Source: Squalus acanthias
Taxonomy: Eukaryota
DNA length: 64,000 nt
Assembly: GCA_030390025.1 (NCBI GenBank)
Contig: JASTWF010000035.1
Location: forward strand, 3,286,001-3,350,000
Direction: 5' to 3'
Part shown: one piece after another, positions 39,281 through 51,639 of the stretch
Position numbering within the stretch: position 1 is the stretch's first letter
How the letters are laid out: the number at the start of each line of letters is the position of its first letter
Notes under the pieces: model-generated
Database searches by the model: none
What the model was told of the DNA's origin: nothing
Seen by the model: the letters and a program-made list of their open reading frames with translations, nothing else
Position numbers and translations under genes: made by a program

Positions 39281-39985
39281 GGGGCTGGATTTTCATAGGG
39301 CCGTGGAAGCAGGTTTGGAGGCGTGTGGGTGGTTAAAATTGCGAAAAGTGGCGGGCGGACCTGATCCCGCCTCCATGCAATTTTGATAAAATCATGTGCG
39401 GTGTTCCCGACTCCGTCCCACCTCCAAGAGGCGGGAGAGGCCATTAAAGCCCTTAACAAGCCCTAAATTGGGTCTGTAATGCCATTTTGAAACGTTTTAG
39501 CTAGTTTAACCCTTTTCCGACGTGAAGCACGCCTGATATGAAACACGCCAGTGAAACCTGGCGGGAGCACAAGTGGATAGCTGACTATCAGCTGCAGGTC
39601 CACTATTACAACGGAGATGTGATGAAGGTAGTAGTAGTATTAGGTCTGAAAGTTGCCTCTGATGCTGCTGTTCAGAGACTGCCTGGCCTTTGCTGCGAGA
39701 GGACCTGGATACAACTCTCTCTCTCTCTCTCTCTCTCTCATTTTGCATCCAGGTCCACTCACAGCAAAGGCCAGGCAGTCTCTGAAGACCTTCAATGCAG
39801 CAGTAATGATGACATCATCAGAGGCGACTTTCAGACTGAAACCACTAATTGGTTCATGGGTTCCCACATGCTGGAACTCAATTGCCCAATTAGGTGAAAA
39901 TTGCATCAATCTCCCACATCCAATTGCAGTCGGGTGGATAACACGAAATGCGGATGACACGACCCCAACCCGCCCCAGTATCAAA
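39281..39985. mobile_element. Probable MITE fragment
   Basis: It begins GGGGCTGGATTTTC, like the other GGG-TIR elements, and interrupts a CR1. No right TIR was found. Confidence 0.5.
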
Positions 39986-40290
39986 TGTCCAAAGAGACTT
40001 GGATTTCAGATCCATCGATCATTAAAATGTCATGAACAGGTACAGAAAATAATCAAAAAGGCTAATGGAATGCTGGCCTTTATATCTGGAGGACTAGAGT
40101 ACAAGGGGGTAGAAGTTATGCTGCAGCTGTACAAAACCCTGGTTAGACCACACCTGGAGTACTGTGAGCAGTTCTGGGCACCACACCTAAGGAAGGATAT
40201 ATTGGTCTTGGAGGGAGTGCAGCGTAGGTTTACCAGAATGATACCTGGACACCAGAGATTAAATTACGAGGAGAGATTACACAAATTAGG

Positions 40291-41710
40291 AAATCCGAAA
40301 TAACAGAAAACGCTGGAAAAACTCAGCAGGCCAGGCAGCATCCGTGGGGAGAGAAACAGAGTTAACGTTTCAGGTCGAAGACCTTTCGTCAGAACTGGAA
40401 AAAAGCAGGAAATGGAATCGATTTTAAAGCAAGTTTAGGGCTGGGAAAAGGGGGAGGGGATGAAAGAACAAAAGGGAAGGTCAGTGGTAGGATAGAAAGC
40501 AGGAGAGATTAAGAGACATTGAGAGACATTAAGAGATATTCAAGGCAAGAGGAGGTGGTAATGTGACAGGTTGAGGCTGGATGAAGTGTGAAATGCGCTG
40601 GCAGAATGAAGGATAGCTGCCAGCTTCTGGGAGGGAAGAAAAAAAGGCCAAACAAAAGGGTGGATGAAAAAAAATATATATATATATGATAGGGGTTGGG
40701 GTTATGATCTGAAATTGTTGAACACTATGTTGAGTCCAGAGGGCTGTAGAGTGCCTAAACGAAAGTTGAGGTGCTGTTCCTCGAGCTTACGCTGAGCTTC
40801 CGTGGAACAATGCAAGAGGCCGAGGACGGTGAGGTCAGAGTGGGAGTGGAGCGGAGAATTAAAGTGATAGGCCACCGGGAACTGAACGGAGGTATTCCGC
40901 AAAGCGGTCACCCAATCTGCGTTTGGTCTCCCCAATGTAGAGGAGACCACATCGTGAGCAGCGAATACAGTATACTAAATTGCAGGAAGTACAAGTAAAT
41001 CGCTGTTTCACCTGGAAGGGGTGTTTGGGGCCCTGGACAGTGGGAAGGGGGGAGGTATAAGGGCATGTGTTGCATCTCCTGCGCTTGCACGGGAAGGTAC
41101 CGGGCGAAGGGGAAGGGGTGCTGGGGGTGGTAGAGGAGTGGACCAGGGTGTCGCGGAGGGAGCGATCCCTGCGGAATGTTGAAAGGGGAGGTGAGGGGAA
41201 GATGTGTTTGGTGGTGGGATCACGCTGGAGGTGGTGGAAATGGCGGAGGATGATCCGTTGAATGTGGAGGCTGGTGGGGTGAAAGGTGAGGACAAGGGGA
41301 ACTCTATCGTGGTTCCGGGAGGGAGGGGCAGGGGTGAGGGCAGAAATGCGGGAGATAGAACGGACACGGTCGAGGGCCGTGTCAACCACAGTAGAGGGGA
41401 ATCCTCGGTTGAGGAAAAAGGAAGACATGTTGGAAGCACTGGTATGGAAGGTGGCATCGTCAGAGCAGATGCGGCGGAGACGGAGAAACTGGGAGAATGG
41501 AATAGAGTCCTTACAGGAAGCGGGGTGGGAGGAAGTGAAGTCCAGGTAGCTGTGGGAGTCAGTGGGCTTGTAGTGAATGTTTGTCAATAACCTATCCCCA
41601 GAGATGGAGACGGAGAAGTCGAGGAAGGGAAGGGAAGAGTCGGAGATGGACCATGTGAAGGTGAGGGAAGGGTGGAAATTGGAAGCATAGTGAATGAGAT
41701 TTGCTATCGT
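40291..41710 (-). mobile_element. Penelope-like element (RT C-terminus, Cys-rich linker, GIY-YIG endonuclease), 5'-truncated
   Basis: Motifs are LPFLD, YKPTD, CKRRRCNTC and VYCIRC...LYIGET. The 15-bp TSD ATTACACAAATTAGG lies at 40276-40290 and 41711-41725. Confidence 0.92.
40360..40396 (-). ncRNA. Minimal hammerhead ribozyme motif (Penelope type)
   Basis: The motif reads AGTT-CTGACGA-A-AGGTC-TTC-GACCT-GAAAC-GTT-AACT. Confidence 0.75.
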
Positions 41711-42166
41711 ATTACACAAATTAGGGTTGTATTCCCTAGAATTTAGAAGGTTAAGCGGTGATCTGATCGAAGTTTTCAGGATATTAAGGGGAACAGATAG
41801 GGTAGATAGAGAGAAACTATTTCCACTGGTTGCGGATTCTAGTTGTAATTGTAATTTTTAATCATAGTGGAGAAATTTGAAAAGGGACCAAAATGAAGAC
41901 CAATGTATGGTGCCAGAGGGTATGGCTGAGGTATTAAATGAGTACTTTGCATCTGACTTTACCAAGGAAGAAGATGCTGCCAATGTCATAGTGAAAGAGG
42001 AGGTAGTTGAGATACTGGATGGAATAAAAATTGATAAGGAGCAGGTACTAGAAAGGCTGGCTGTATTAAATTAGATATGATGTGGAGATGCCGGTGTTGG
42101 ACTGGGGTGGACAAATGTGAGAAGTCGCACAACACCAGGTTATAGTCCAACAGCTTTATTTGAAAT

Positions 42167-42201
42167 CACAAGCTTTCGGAGCGCTGCTCCTTCGTCAGGT
42201 G
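42167..42201 (-). ncRNA. Minimal hammerhead ribozyme motif (mirror copy)
   Basis: This is the exact reverse complement of 42360-42394. Confidence 0.8.
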
Positions 42202-42359
42202 AAGTGAAGAGATGCATATAGGCACAGCATATATAGTCAGAGAACACTGCCAGATGATTACAGTTAATCTTTCTACCTGCCCTTTATCACACCTCGGCAG
42301 AGAGATAATCACGGCAATCAAAGGCTATATATGCTGTGCCTATATGCATCTCTTCACTT

Positions 42360-42394
42360 CACCTGACGAAGGAGCAGCGCTCCGAAAGCTTGTG
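42360..42394 (+). ncRNA. Minimal hammerhead ribozyme motif
   Basis: The motif reads CAC-CTGACGA-A-GGAGC-AGC-GCTCC-GAAAG-CTT-GTG. Confidence 0.8.
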
Positions 42395-45300
42395 ATTTCA
42401 AATAAAGCTGTTGGACTATAACCTGGTGTTGTGCGACTTCTCACATTTAAAGTAGATAAGTCACCAGGACCGGATGGGATGCATCCTAGGATGCTGAGGG
42501 AAGTAAAGGTGGAAATTGCGAAGGTACTGGCCGTAATCTTCCAGTCCTCCTTGGATACGGGGCTGGTGCCAGAGGACTGGAGAATTATAAATGTTACACC
42601 CTTATTCAAAAAAGGGTGTAAGGATAAACCCAGGAACTACAGGCCAGTCAGTTTAACCTCTGTCCCATTTAGCACAGTGGTAGTGCCACAAAACACGATG
42701 GAGGGTGTCCTCAATGTGAAGATGGGTCTTCGTTTCCACAAGGACTGTGTGGTGGTCACTGCTACCAATACTGTCATGGACAGATGCATCTGCGACAGGT
42801 AGATTGGTGAGGACGAGATCATTCGTGTTGGTTCTCTCACCACCTGCCGGAGGCCCAGTCTGGCAGCTATGTCATTCAGGACTCGGCCAGCTCGGTCAGT
42901 AGTGGTGCTACCGAGCCACTCTTGGTGATGGACATTGAAGTCCCCCACCCAGAGAACATTCTGTACCTTAAAGGGAGTGCAACGAAGGTTCACTAGACTG
43001 CTTCCTGGGATGGGGAGGATTGTCCTACGACGAGAGATTAAGTTGACTGGGCCTATATTCTCTAGAGATTAGAAGAATCAGAGGTGGTCTTATTGAAACA
43101 TAAATTTCTCATGGAGCTTGACAGGGTAGACGCTGAGAGGATGTTTCCCCTGGCTGGGGAGTCTAGAACTAGGGGTCACAGTCTCAGGATAAGGGGTCGG
43201 CCATTTAAGACTGAGATGAGGAAGTGTTTCTTCACTCAGAGGGCGGTGAATCTTTGGAATTCTCTACCCCAGAGGGCTGTGGATGCTCAGTCGTTAAGTG
43301 TATTCAAGACAGAGATCGATAGATTTTGGATACTAAGGGAAGGAACCAAGGGATATGGGGATAGTGCGGGAAGGTGGAGTTGAGATAGAAGATCAGCCAC
43401 GATCTTACTGAATGGCGGAGCAGGCTTGAAGGGCCGAATGGCCGACTCCTGCTTCTATTTATGTTCTTAACTCCATCTACACGCCTTGGTTCCGTAATCC
43501 TTCATGCGCTTGCCGAAAAAAAAAACTATCAATCTCAGTTGTGAAATTTTCAATTGACCCCAGTCTCAACAGCCTTTTTGGGGAGAGAGTTGCATATTTC
43601 CATGACCATTTGTGTGAAGCAGTGTTTCCTGACATCGCCCCTGAACGGCCTAGCTCTAATTTTAAGGTTATGCCCCCTTGTTCTCGAGTCCCCCACCAGG
43701 CCCGGATGAAATGTATCTCAGGCTGTTAAGCGAAGCAAAAGAGGAAATTGCAGAGGCCCTGACCATCGTATTTCCAATCCTCTCTGGCTTCAGGTGTGGT
43801 GCCGGAGGACTGGAGATGTGGTACCCTTGTTTAAAAAGGGAGAAAAGGATAGACCGAGTAATTACAGACCAGTCAGCCTAACCTCAGTGGTGGGAAAATT
43901 ATTCGAATGAATTCTGAAGGATAGGATAAATCTTCATTTAGAAAGACACGGATTAATCAAGGATAGTCAGCTCGGATTTGTTAAGGGAAGGTCGTGTCTG
44001 ACAAACTTGATTGAATTTTTTGAGGGGGTGACTAGGTGTGTGGATGAGGGTAGTGCAGTTGATGTGGTCTATATGGACTTTAGCAAGGCTTTTGATAAGG
44101 TTCTACATGGCAGACAGGTCACGAAGTTAAAAGCCCATGGGATCCAGGGCAAAGTGTCAAGTTGGATTCAAAACTGGCTCGGAGACAGGAAGCAGAAGGT
44201 AATGGTTGATGGGTGTTTTTGTGACTGGAAGGCTGTTTCCAGTGGGGTTCTGCAGGGCTCAGTACTAGGTCCCTTGCTTTTTGTGGTGTACATTAATGAT
44301 TTAGATATGAATGTAGGAGGTATGATCAGTAAGTTCGCAGATGACACGAAAATTGGTGGGGTGGTAAATAGCGAGGAGGGAAGCCTCAGGCTACAGGACG
44401 ATATAGACGGGTTGGTCAGATGGGCAGAACAGTGGCAAATGGAATTTAACCATTGGGACTACGATGTGGTGGCCATTACGGAGACATGGTTAGAACAGGG
44501 ACAGGAATGGTTGTTGGAAGTTCCGGGGTATAGATGTTTCAGTAAGAGTAGGGAAGTTGGTAAGAAAGGTGGAGGAGTAGCATTGTTAATCAAGGATAGT
44601 TTAACAGCGGCAGAAAGGCAGTTCGAGGGGGATCTGCCATCTGAGGTAATATGGGCTGAAGTTAGAAATAGGAAAGGAGCGGTCACGTTGTTAGGAGTTT
44701 TCTACAGGCCCCCAAATAGTAATAGAGATGTGGAGGAAGAAATTGCAAAGCAGATTATGAATAGGTGTGGAGGTCACAGAGTAGTTGTCATGGGTGACTT
44801 CAACTTTCCAAATATTGATTGGAACCTTTATAGGTCAAACAGTTCGGATGGGATAGTTTTTGCACAGTGTGTGCAGGAGGGTTTCCTGACACAATATGTG
44901 GATAGGCCGACAAGAGCTGGGGCCACGTTGGATTTGGTACTGGGTAATGAACCGGGCCAAGTGTTTGATTTGTATGTGGGAGAGCACTTTGGAGATAGTG
45001 ACCACAATTCGGTAACTTTCACTATTGCAATGGAGAGGGATAGGGCCATACGGCAGGGCAGGGTTTATAATTGGGGGAGGGGTAATTATGATGCGATTAG
45101 GCAAGAATTAGGGAGTATAAGATGGGAACAGAAACTATCAGGGAAAGGCACAAACGAAAAGTGGAGCTTTTTCATGGAGCAATTACTGCGTGTCCTTGAT
45201 AGGTATGTCCCTGTCAGGCAGGGAGGAAATGGCCGAGTGAGAGAACCATGGTTCACAAAAGAGGTTGAATGTCTAGTCAAGAGGAAAAAGGAAGCGTATG

Positions 45301-46195
45301 TAAGGATGAGAAAACAAGGTTCAGTTGGGTCGATTGAGGGGTACAAGGTAGCAAGGAATGAGCTAAAAAAAGAGCTTAGGAGAGCTAGGAGGGGGCATGA
45401 GAAGTCCTTGGCGGGTCGGATCAAGAAAAACCCCAAGGCCTTTTACTCTTATGTGAGAAATAAAAGAATGACCAGGGTGAGGGTAGGGCCGGTCAAGGAC
45501 AGTAGTGGGAACTTGTGCATGGAGTCAGAAGAGATAGGAGAGGTGATGAATGAATACTTTTCGTCAGTGTTCACCGAGGAGAGGGGCCATGTTCTTGAGG
45601 ATGAGAGTGTGATAAAGGTGGATAGGCTGGAGGTGGTAGATGTTCTGAGGGAAGATGTTTTAGCAATTTTGAAGAACCTGAGGGTCGATAAGTCCCCTGG
45701 GCCAGATGGGATATATCCTAGGATTCTTTGGGAGGCAAGGGAGGAGATTGCAGAGCCTCTGGCTTTGATCTTTGGGTCCTCACTGTCCACGGGAATGGTG
45801 CCAGAGGACTGGAGAGTGGCGAATGTTGTTCCTCTCTTCAAGAAAGGAAATAGGAATGACCCTGGTAATTATAGGCCGGTTAGTCTTACTTCGGTGGTTG
45901 GTAAGATAATGGAAAAGGTCCTGAGGGATAGGATTTATGACCATTTGGAAAGGGGCAACTTAATCAGGGATAGTCAACACGGATTCGTGAAGGGTAAGTC
46001 TTGCCTAACAAATTTGATTGAATTCTTTGAGGAGGTAACTAAGTGTGTAGATGAAGGTAGAGCAGTTGATGTCGTATACATGGATTTTAGTAAGGCGTTT
46101 GATAAGGTTCCCCATGGTCGGCTCATGAAGAAAATAAGGAGTTGTGGGATAGAGGGAAATTTGGCCGATTGGATAAGTAACTGGCTATCTCATAG

Positions 46196-46572
46196 CCAAG
46201 TTCCGCACTCATGAGGATGGCCTCAATCGCGATATCGGGTTCATGTCACGATACAGAACGTGACTTGACATCATGGCCGGTCTTCCCAGGGGTTTTTTTT
46301 TTTAAAGAGACTAACACAAGAACACAAATTGACAGGATATGCAGCCAGCAGGTGGTTTGACACGTTGGACCCCCTGGGACACATCTCATTGTCTTGGCTG
46401 TGCTCTTTGTTGTAGGGAATAATGTGAATAGATTTTGTCTGGGTTTAAATTGTGAATTCTGGGAGATTCTCTCATTGCTAACTTACCTGACGAAGGAGCG
46501 AACTGCTTCGAAAGCTTGTAAAATTAATAAATCTGTTGGACTATAACCTGGTGTTGTGCGACTTCTCATTTT
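46196..46572 (+). mobile_element. Penelope-like element 3' end
   Basis: It encodes a KFRTHEDGLNRDIGFMSRY C-terminal remnant (GLN motif) and a hammerhead motif. The 10-bp TSD TATCTCATAG lies at 46186-46195 and 46573-46582. Confidence 0.85.
46483..46521 (+). ncRNA. Minimal hammerhead ribozyme motif
   Basis: The motif reads TTAC-CTGACGA-A-GGAGC-GAACT-GCTTC-GAAAG-CTT-GTAA. Confidence 0.8.
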
Positions 46573-48440
46573 TATCTCATAGAAGGCAGAGGGTGGTGGT
46601 GGATGGAACATTTTCGGACTGGAGACCAGTTACCAGCGGTATGCCACAGGGGTCGGTGCTGGGTCCTCTGCTGTTTGTGATTTTTATCAATGACTTGGAG
46701 GAGGGGACTGAAGGGTGGATCAGTAAATTTGCTGATGACACCAAGATTGGTGGAGCAGTGGATGAGGTGGAGGGCTGTTGTAGGCTGCAAAGAGACATTG
46801 ATAGGATGCAGAGCTGGGCCGAAAAATGGCAGATGGAATTTAACCCTGATAAGTGCGAGGTGATTCATTTTGGTAGGGCAAATTTGAATAAGGATTACAG
46901 GGTCAACGGCAGGGTTCTGAGGAACGTGGAGGAGCAGAGGGATCTGGGGGTTCATATCCACAGATCTCTGAAGGTTGCCACTCAAGTGGATAGAGCAGTA
47001 AAGAAGGCCTATGGTGTGTTGGCGTTTATTAACAGAGGGTTTGAGTTTAAGAACCGTGAGGTTATGCTGCAACTGTACAGGACCTTGGTGAGACCACATT
47101 TGGAATATTGTGTGCAGTTCTGGTCACCTCACTATAGGAAGGACGTGGAAGCATTGGAAAGAGTGCAAAGGAGATTTACCAGGATGCTGCCTGGTTTGGG
47201 GGGGAGGTCTTATGAGGAAAGATTGAGGGAGTTGGGGCTTTTCTCTTTAGAGCGGAGGAGGATGAGAGGCGACTTAATAGAGGTTTATAAGATGATGAGG
47301 GGGATAGATAGAGTGGATGTTCAGAGACTATTTCCTCGGGTAGAGGCAGCTGTTACAAGGGGGCATAACTATAAGGTGCATGGGGGGAGATATAGAAGGG
47401 ATGTCCGAGGTAGATTCTTTACTCAGAGAGTGGTTGGGGTGTGGAATGGACTGCCTGCTGTGATAGTGGAGTCGGACACTTTAGGAACATTCAAGCGGTT
47501 ATTGGATAAGCACATGGAGCACACCAGAGTGATAGGGAGTGTGATAGCTTGATCTTGGTCTCGGACAATGCTCGGCACAACATCGAGGGCCGAAGGGCCT
47601 GTACTGTGCTGTACTGTTCTATGTTTCTATGTTTAACCCTGAAAAGTGTGAGGTGATGCATTTTGGGAGGACTAACAAGGCAAGGGAATACACAATGAAT
47701 GGTAGGACCCTAGGAAGGACAGAGGATCAGGGGGACCTTGGTGTGCATGTACTGTACATAGATCCCTGAAGGCAGCAGGAAAGGTAGATAAGGTGGTTAA
47801 AAAGGCATATGGGATACTTATATTCTATGCCTCGGCTAATGAATATAAGAGCAGGGAGGTTATGATGGAGCTGTACAAAACGCTAGTTAGGCCACAACTG
47901 GAATACTGTGTGCAGTTCTGGTCGCCACACTATAGGAAGGTTGTGATTGCATTGGAGAGGGTGCAGAGGAGATTCACCAGGATGTTACCTGGGCTGCAGA
48001 AATTCAGCTATGAAGAGAGACTGGACAAGCTGGGGTTGTTTTCCTTAGAGCAGAGAAGGCTGAGGGGGGACCTGATTGAGATGTACAAAATTATGAGGGG
48101 CATAGATAGGGTAGATAGAAAGGAACTTTTCCCCTTAGTGGAGAGGTCAATAACCAGGGGGCATAGTTTCAAGATAAGGGGCAGGAGGTTTAGAGGGGAT
48201 TTGAGGAAAAACTTTTTCACCCAGAGGGTGGTTGGAATCTGGAACTCACTGCCTGAAAGGGTGGTAGAGACAGGAACCCTCACAACATTCAAGAAGCATT
48301 TAGATGAGCACTTGAAACGCCATAGCATACAAGGCTACGGACCAAGTGCTGGAAAATGGGATTAGAATAGACAGGGCTTGATGGCCGGCGTGGACACGAT
48401 GGGCCAAAGGGCCTCTTTCTGTGCTGTATAACTCTATGAC

Positions 48441-49400
48441 TCTATCAATGATCTAGACTTGAATATAGGGGGTATGATTAAGAAGTTTGCAGATGATACT
48501 AAAATCGGCTGTGTGGTTGATACTGAAGAAGGAAGCTGTAGACTATCAATAAATTGGTCAGGTGGGCAGAACAGTGGCAAATGGAATTCAATCCGGAGAA
48601 GTGTGAGGTAATGCATTTGGGGAGGGCTAACAAGGAAAGGGAATACACATTAAATGGTAGGATACTGAGTAGTGTAGAGGAACAAAGGGACCTTGGAGTG
48701 CATGTCCACAGATCCCTGAAGGTAGCAGGCCAGGTAGATAAGGTGGTTAAGAAGGCATATGGAATGCTTGCCTTTATTAGCCGTGGCATAGAATACAAGA
48801 ACAGGGGGGGTTATGCTTCAACTGTATAAAACACTAGTTAGGCCTCAGCTAGAGTACTGCATGCAGTTCTGGTCACCACATTACAGGAAAGATGTGATTG
48901 CACTAGAGAGGGTACAGAGGAGATTTACAAGGATGTTGCCAGGTGTAGAGAATCTTAGCTATGAGGAAAGACTGGATCGGCTGGATCTGTTTTCCGTGGA
49001 ACAGAGGAGGCTGAGGGGAGACCTTATTGAGGTGTATAAAATTATGAGGGGCCTAGGTGAGTGGATAGAAAGGTCTTATTTCCCTTAGCAGAGGGGTCAA
49101 AAACCAGGGGGCACAGATTTAAAGTGATTGGTGGAAGGTTTAGAGGGGATTTGAGGGGAAACTTCTTCACCCAGAGGGTTGTGGGGGCTGGAACTCACTG
49201 CCTGAAAGGGTGGTAGAGGCAGGAACCCTAACCACATTTAAAAAGTACTTGGATGTGCACTTGGGATGCTCAAAACTGCAGGGCTATGGACCAAGAGCTG
49301 GGAAGTGGGATTTGGCTGGATAGCTCTTTGTTGGCCGGCCCGGACACGATGGGCCAAAATGGTCTCCTTCCATGCTGTAACTTTCCATGATTCTATGATT
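48441..49400 (+). mobile_element. Degenerate CR1 3' part
   Basis: It runs from KFADD to the C-terminus, with an attctatg tail. Confidence 0.8.
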
Positions 49401-49482
49401 CAAATCTACCCTATCAAATCTTTTAATTGTCTAAAACACCTCAATTACATCACCCCTTAATCTTCTACATTCGAAGGAATAA

Positions 49483-50573
49483 GAACATGAGAACATAAGA
49501 AATAAGAGCAGGAGTCGGCCATTCGGCCCCTCAAGCCTGCTCCGCCATTCAATAAGATCATGGCTGATCATCGACGTCAACTCCACTTTCCCGCCCGATC
49601 TCCACATCCCTTGATTCCCCTAGAGTCCAAAAATCTATCGATCTCAGCCTTGAATATACTCAAAGACTCAGCATCCACAGCCCTCTGGGGCAGAGAATTC
49701 CAAAGATTCACAACCCTCTGAGTGAAGAAATTCCTCCTCATCTCAGTCTTAAATGACCGACCCCTTATCCTGAGACTGTGACCCCTAGTTCTCGACACTC
49801 CAGCCAGGGGAAACAACCTCTCAGCATCTACCCTGTCAATCCCCCTCAGAATCTTGTATGTTTCAATTAGATCTCCTCTCATTCTTCTAAACTCCAGAGA
49901 GTATAGGCCCATTCTACACAATCTCTCATCATAGGACTGCCCTCTCATCCCAGGAATCAATCTAGTGAACCTTCGTTGCACCGCCGCCAAGGCAAGTATA
50001 TCCTTCCTTAGATAAGGAGACCAAAACTGTGCACAGTACTCCAGGTGTGGGCTCACCAAGGCCCTGTACAATTGTTGCAATACTTCCTTTCTCTTATACT
50101 CCAAACCCCTTGCAATAAAGGCCAACATGCCATTTCCTTCCTTATTGCTTGCTGTACCTGCATGCTAGCTTTCTGTGTTTCTTGCACGAGGACACCCAAA
50201 TCTCTCTGAACACCAACATTTGAAAGTTTCCTTGAATATTTAAAAAATATTCTGTTTTTCTATTCTTCCTACCAAAGTGAATAACCTCACATTTCCCTAC
50301 ATTATACTCCATCTGCCCACTCACTTAGTTTATCTATATCCCTTTGCAGACTCTTTGTGTTCTCCTCACAGCTTACTGTCCCACCTAGCTTTGTATCATC
50401 AGCAAACTTGGATACATTACACTTGGTCCCTTCATCTGGGTCATTAATATAGATTGTAAATAGCGGAGGCCCCAACACTGATCCTTGCGGAACCCCACTA
50501 GTTACAGCCTGCCAATCTGAAAAAGATCCGTTTATCCCTACTCTCTGTTTTCTGTCTGTTAACCAATCCTCTA
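49483..50573 (-). mobile_element. CR1 3' part
   Basis: RT ORF pieces are followed by the 3' UTR and a (ttcttatg) tail. Confidence 0.85.
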
Positions 50574-51116
50574 CAAGCCAATACAAGCCTAGTCTACACA
50601 ACTTATCAATAGGGACACGATGGGCCGAAATGGCCTCCTTCCGTGCTCTAACTTTCTATGATTCTAGGGACATAGCAGGTACCAGGAGCACCTCAACAGC
50701 AGTACAACTCACCATTCAATGGTCAGTGCATTTCCCCCACCCTCCTGAGCACATTGTGGACACACCACACCCCACTGAATGGTGCAGGCTCCAGCAACCA
50801 CTGGTTGCCTCTCTGCAACCTAAACACAGCAGACACCAAACCCCGGATATATAAGCGTGTGTTCCGATGGGATCACGGTAACACCTGGATCCCAAAGTCA
50901 CTGGAGGGCTGATTTCATGAGCAGCGAAATGTGAGGCTCATGGCCGGCGCGGCGAGGGACGCTCATGGCCGGCGCGGTGGTTGTACAATTAAATATCCAC
51001 TCTGTCTGTAAAAACGGAGGCTGAGCACTTATTATTTGTGCCATTTTCTCATTCACCACTAAAGCTTGCCCCTCCAACACCTCGCCGGTAATAGGAAGCA
51101 ATGATAAGTAACGTAC

Positions 51117-51341
51117 GCCACAGGTGCAGCTGGTAACAAGATGGGGCTGGTGCCTCCATTGGCCGTCGCACTCTCTCCAGTGCTGTCAAGGCCAGCTCGA
51201 ACCTTCTTCCCTGTTGAGCGCCCCAGGGAGCTGCTGAGTTTGCTCGCAAGCTTTTTCGGTGCACTGGTAATTGAGAAATCCTCTTCTACACAACAGCTGT
51301 AAATCTCCACCTTCATCTCAAAATCAGGTCCAACACTGGAG
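51117..51341 (-). CDS. RTKN: Rhotekin exon (225 nt), SSVGPDFEMKVEIYSCCVEE...KLSSSLGRSTGKKVRA...SPILLPAAPV
   Basis: Splice sites are attttag|C...GC|gtacgt. KLSSSLGRS and SPILLP resemble RTKN rather than RTKN2 or anillin (recognised from memory). Confidence 0.92.
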
Positions 51342-51384
51342 CTAAAATAGAAAATAATGAGACAAGAAAATGGCATAAATGGTT

Positions 51385-51636
51385 ACACTGACAGAGAGAG
51401 AGAGAGAAAGAATCACCGACAGAGAGAGAGAGAGAGGAAGAATCACTGACAGAGAGAATCACTGACCGAGAGAGAGAGATAAAGAGAGACACCGACTGAG
51501 TGAGTGAGTGAGAGAGAGAGAGAGAGAGAGATAGAGAGAGGAAGCATCACTGTTAGAAAGAGAGAATCACTGACAGAGAGAGAGAGATAATGAGAGACAC
51601 CCACTGAGTGAGTAAGAGAGAGAGAGAGAGAGAGAG
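51385..51636. repeat. Compound (GA)n microsatellite with recurring ATCACTGACAGAG units
   Basis: Seen directly in the sequence. Confidence 0.85.
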
Positions 51637-51639
51637 CGC

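Larger units (their letters stand above)
36630..41850 (+). mobile_element. Old degenerate CR1 ORF2 with nested CR1 tail, MITE and Penelope
   Basis: ORF pieces run in order: ITETW, YRPP, MGDFN, SDH, QHGF, FADN, LEYC. Confidence 0.8.
42078..42446. mobile_element. Non-coding Penelope-derived inverted-repeat element
   Basis: A perfect 124-bp inverted repeat spans 42113-42236 and 42325-42448. The TSD TTAAA(T/G)TAGATA (11/12) lies at 42066-42077 and 42447-42458. The arm is homologous to the Penelope end at 46483-46570. Confidence 0.85.
44452..47631 (+). mobile_element. Young CR1 (family E), 5'-truncated in EN, interrupted by a Penelope end
   Basis: It is near-identical to about 30690-33475. TSD TTTAACC lies at 44445-44451 and 47632-47638. 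Confidence 0.93.
43697..48440 (+). mobile_element. Older CR1 host split by a family E insertion (43697-44451 plus 47632-48440)
   Basis: WQMEFN|PEKCEVMHF resumes after the insertion. Confidence 0.85.
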
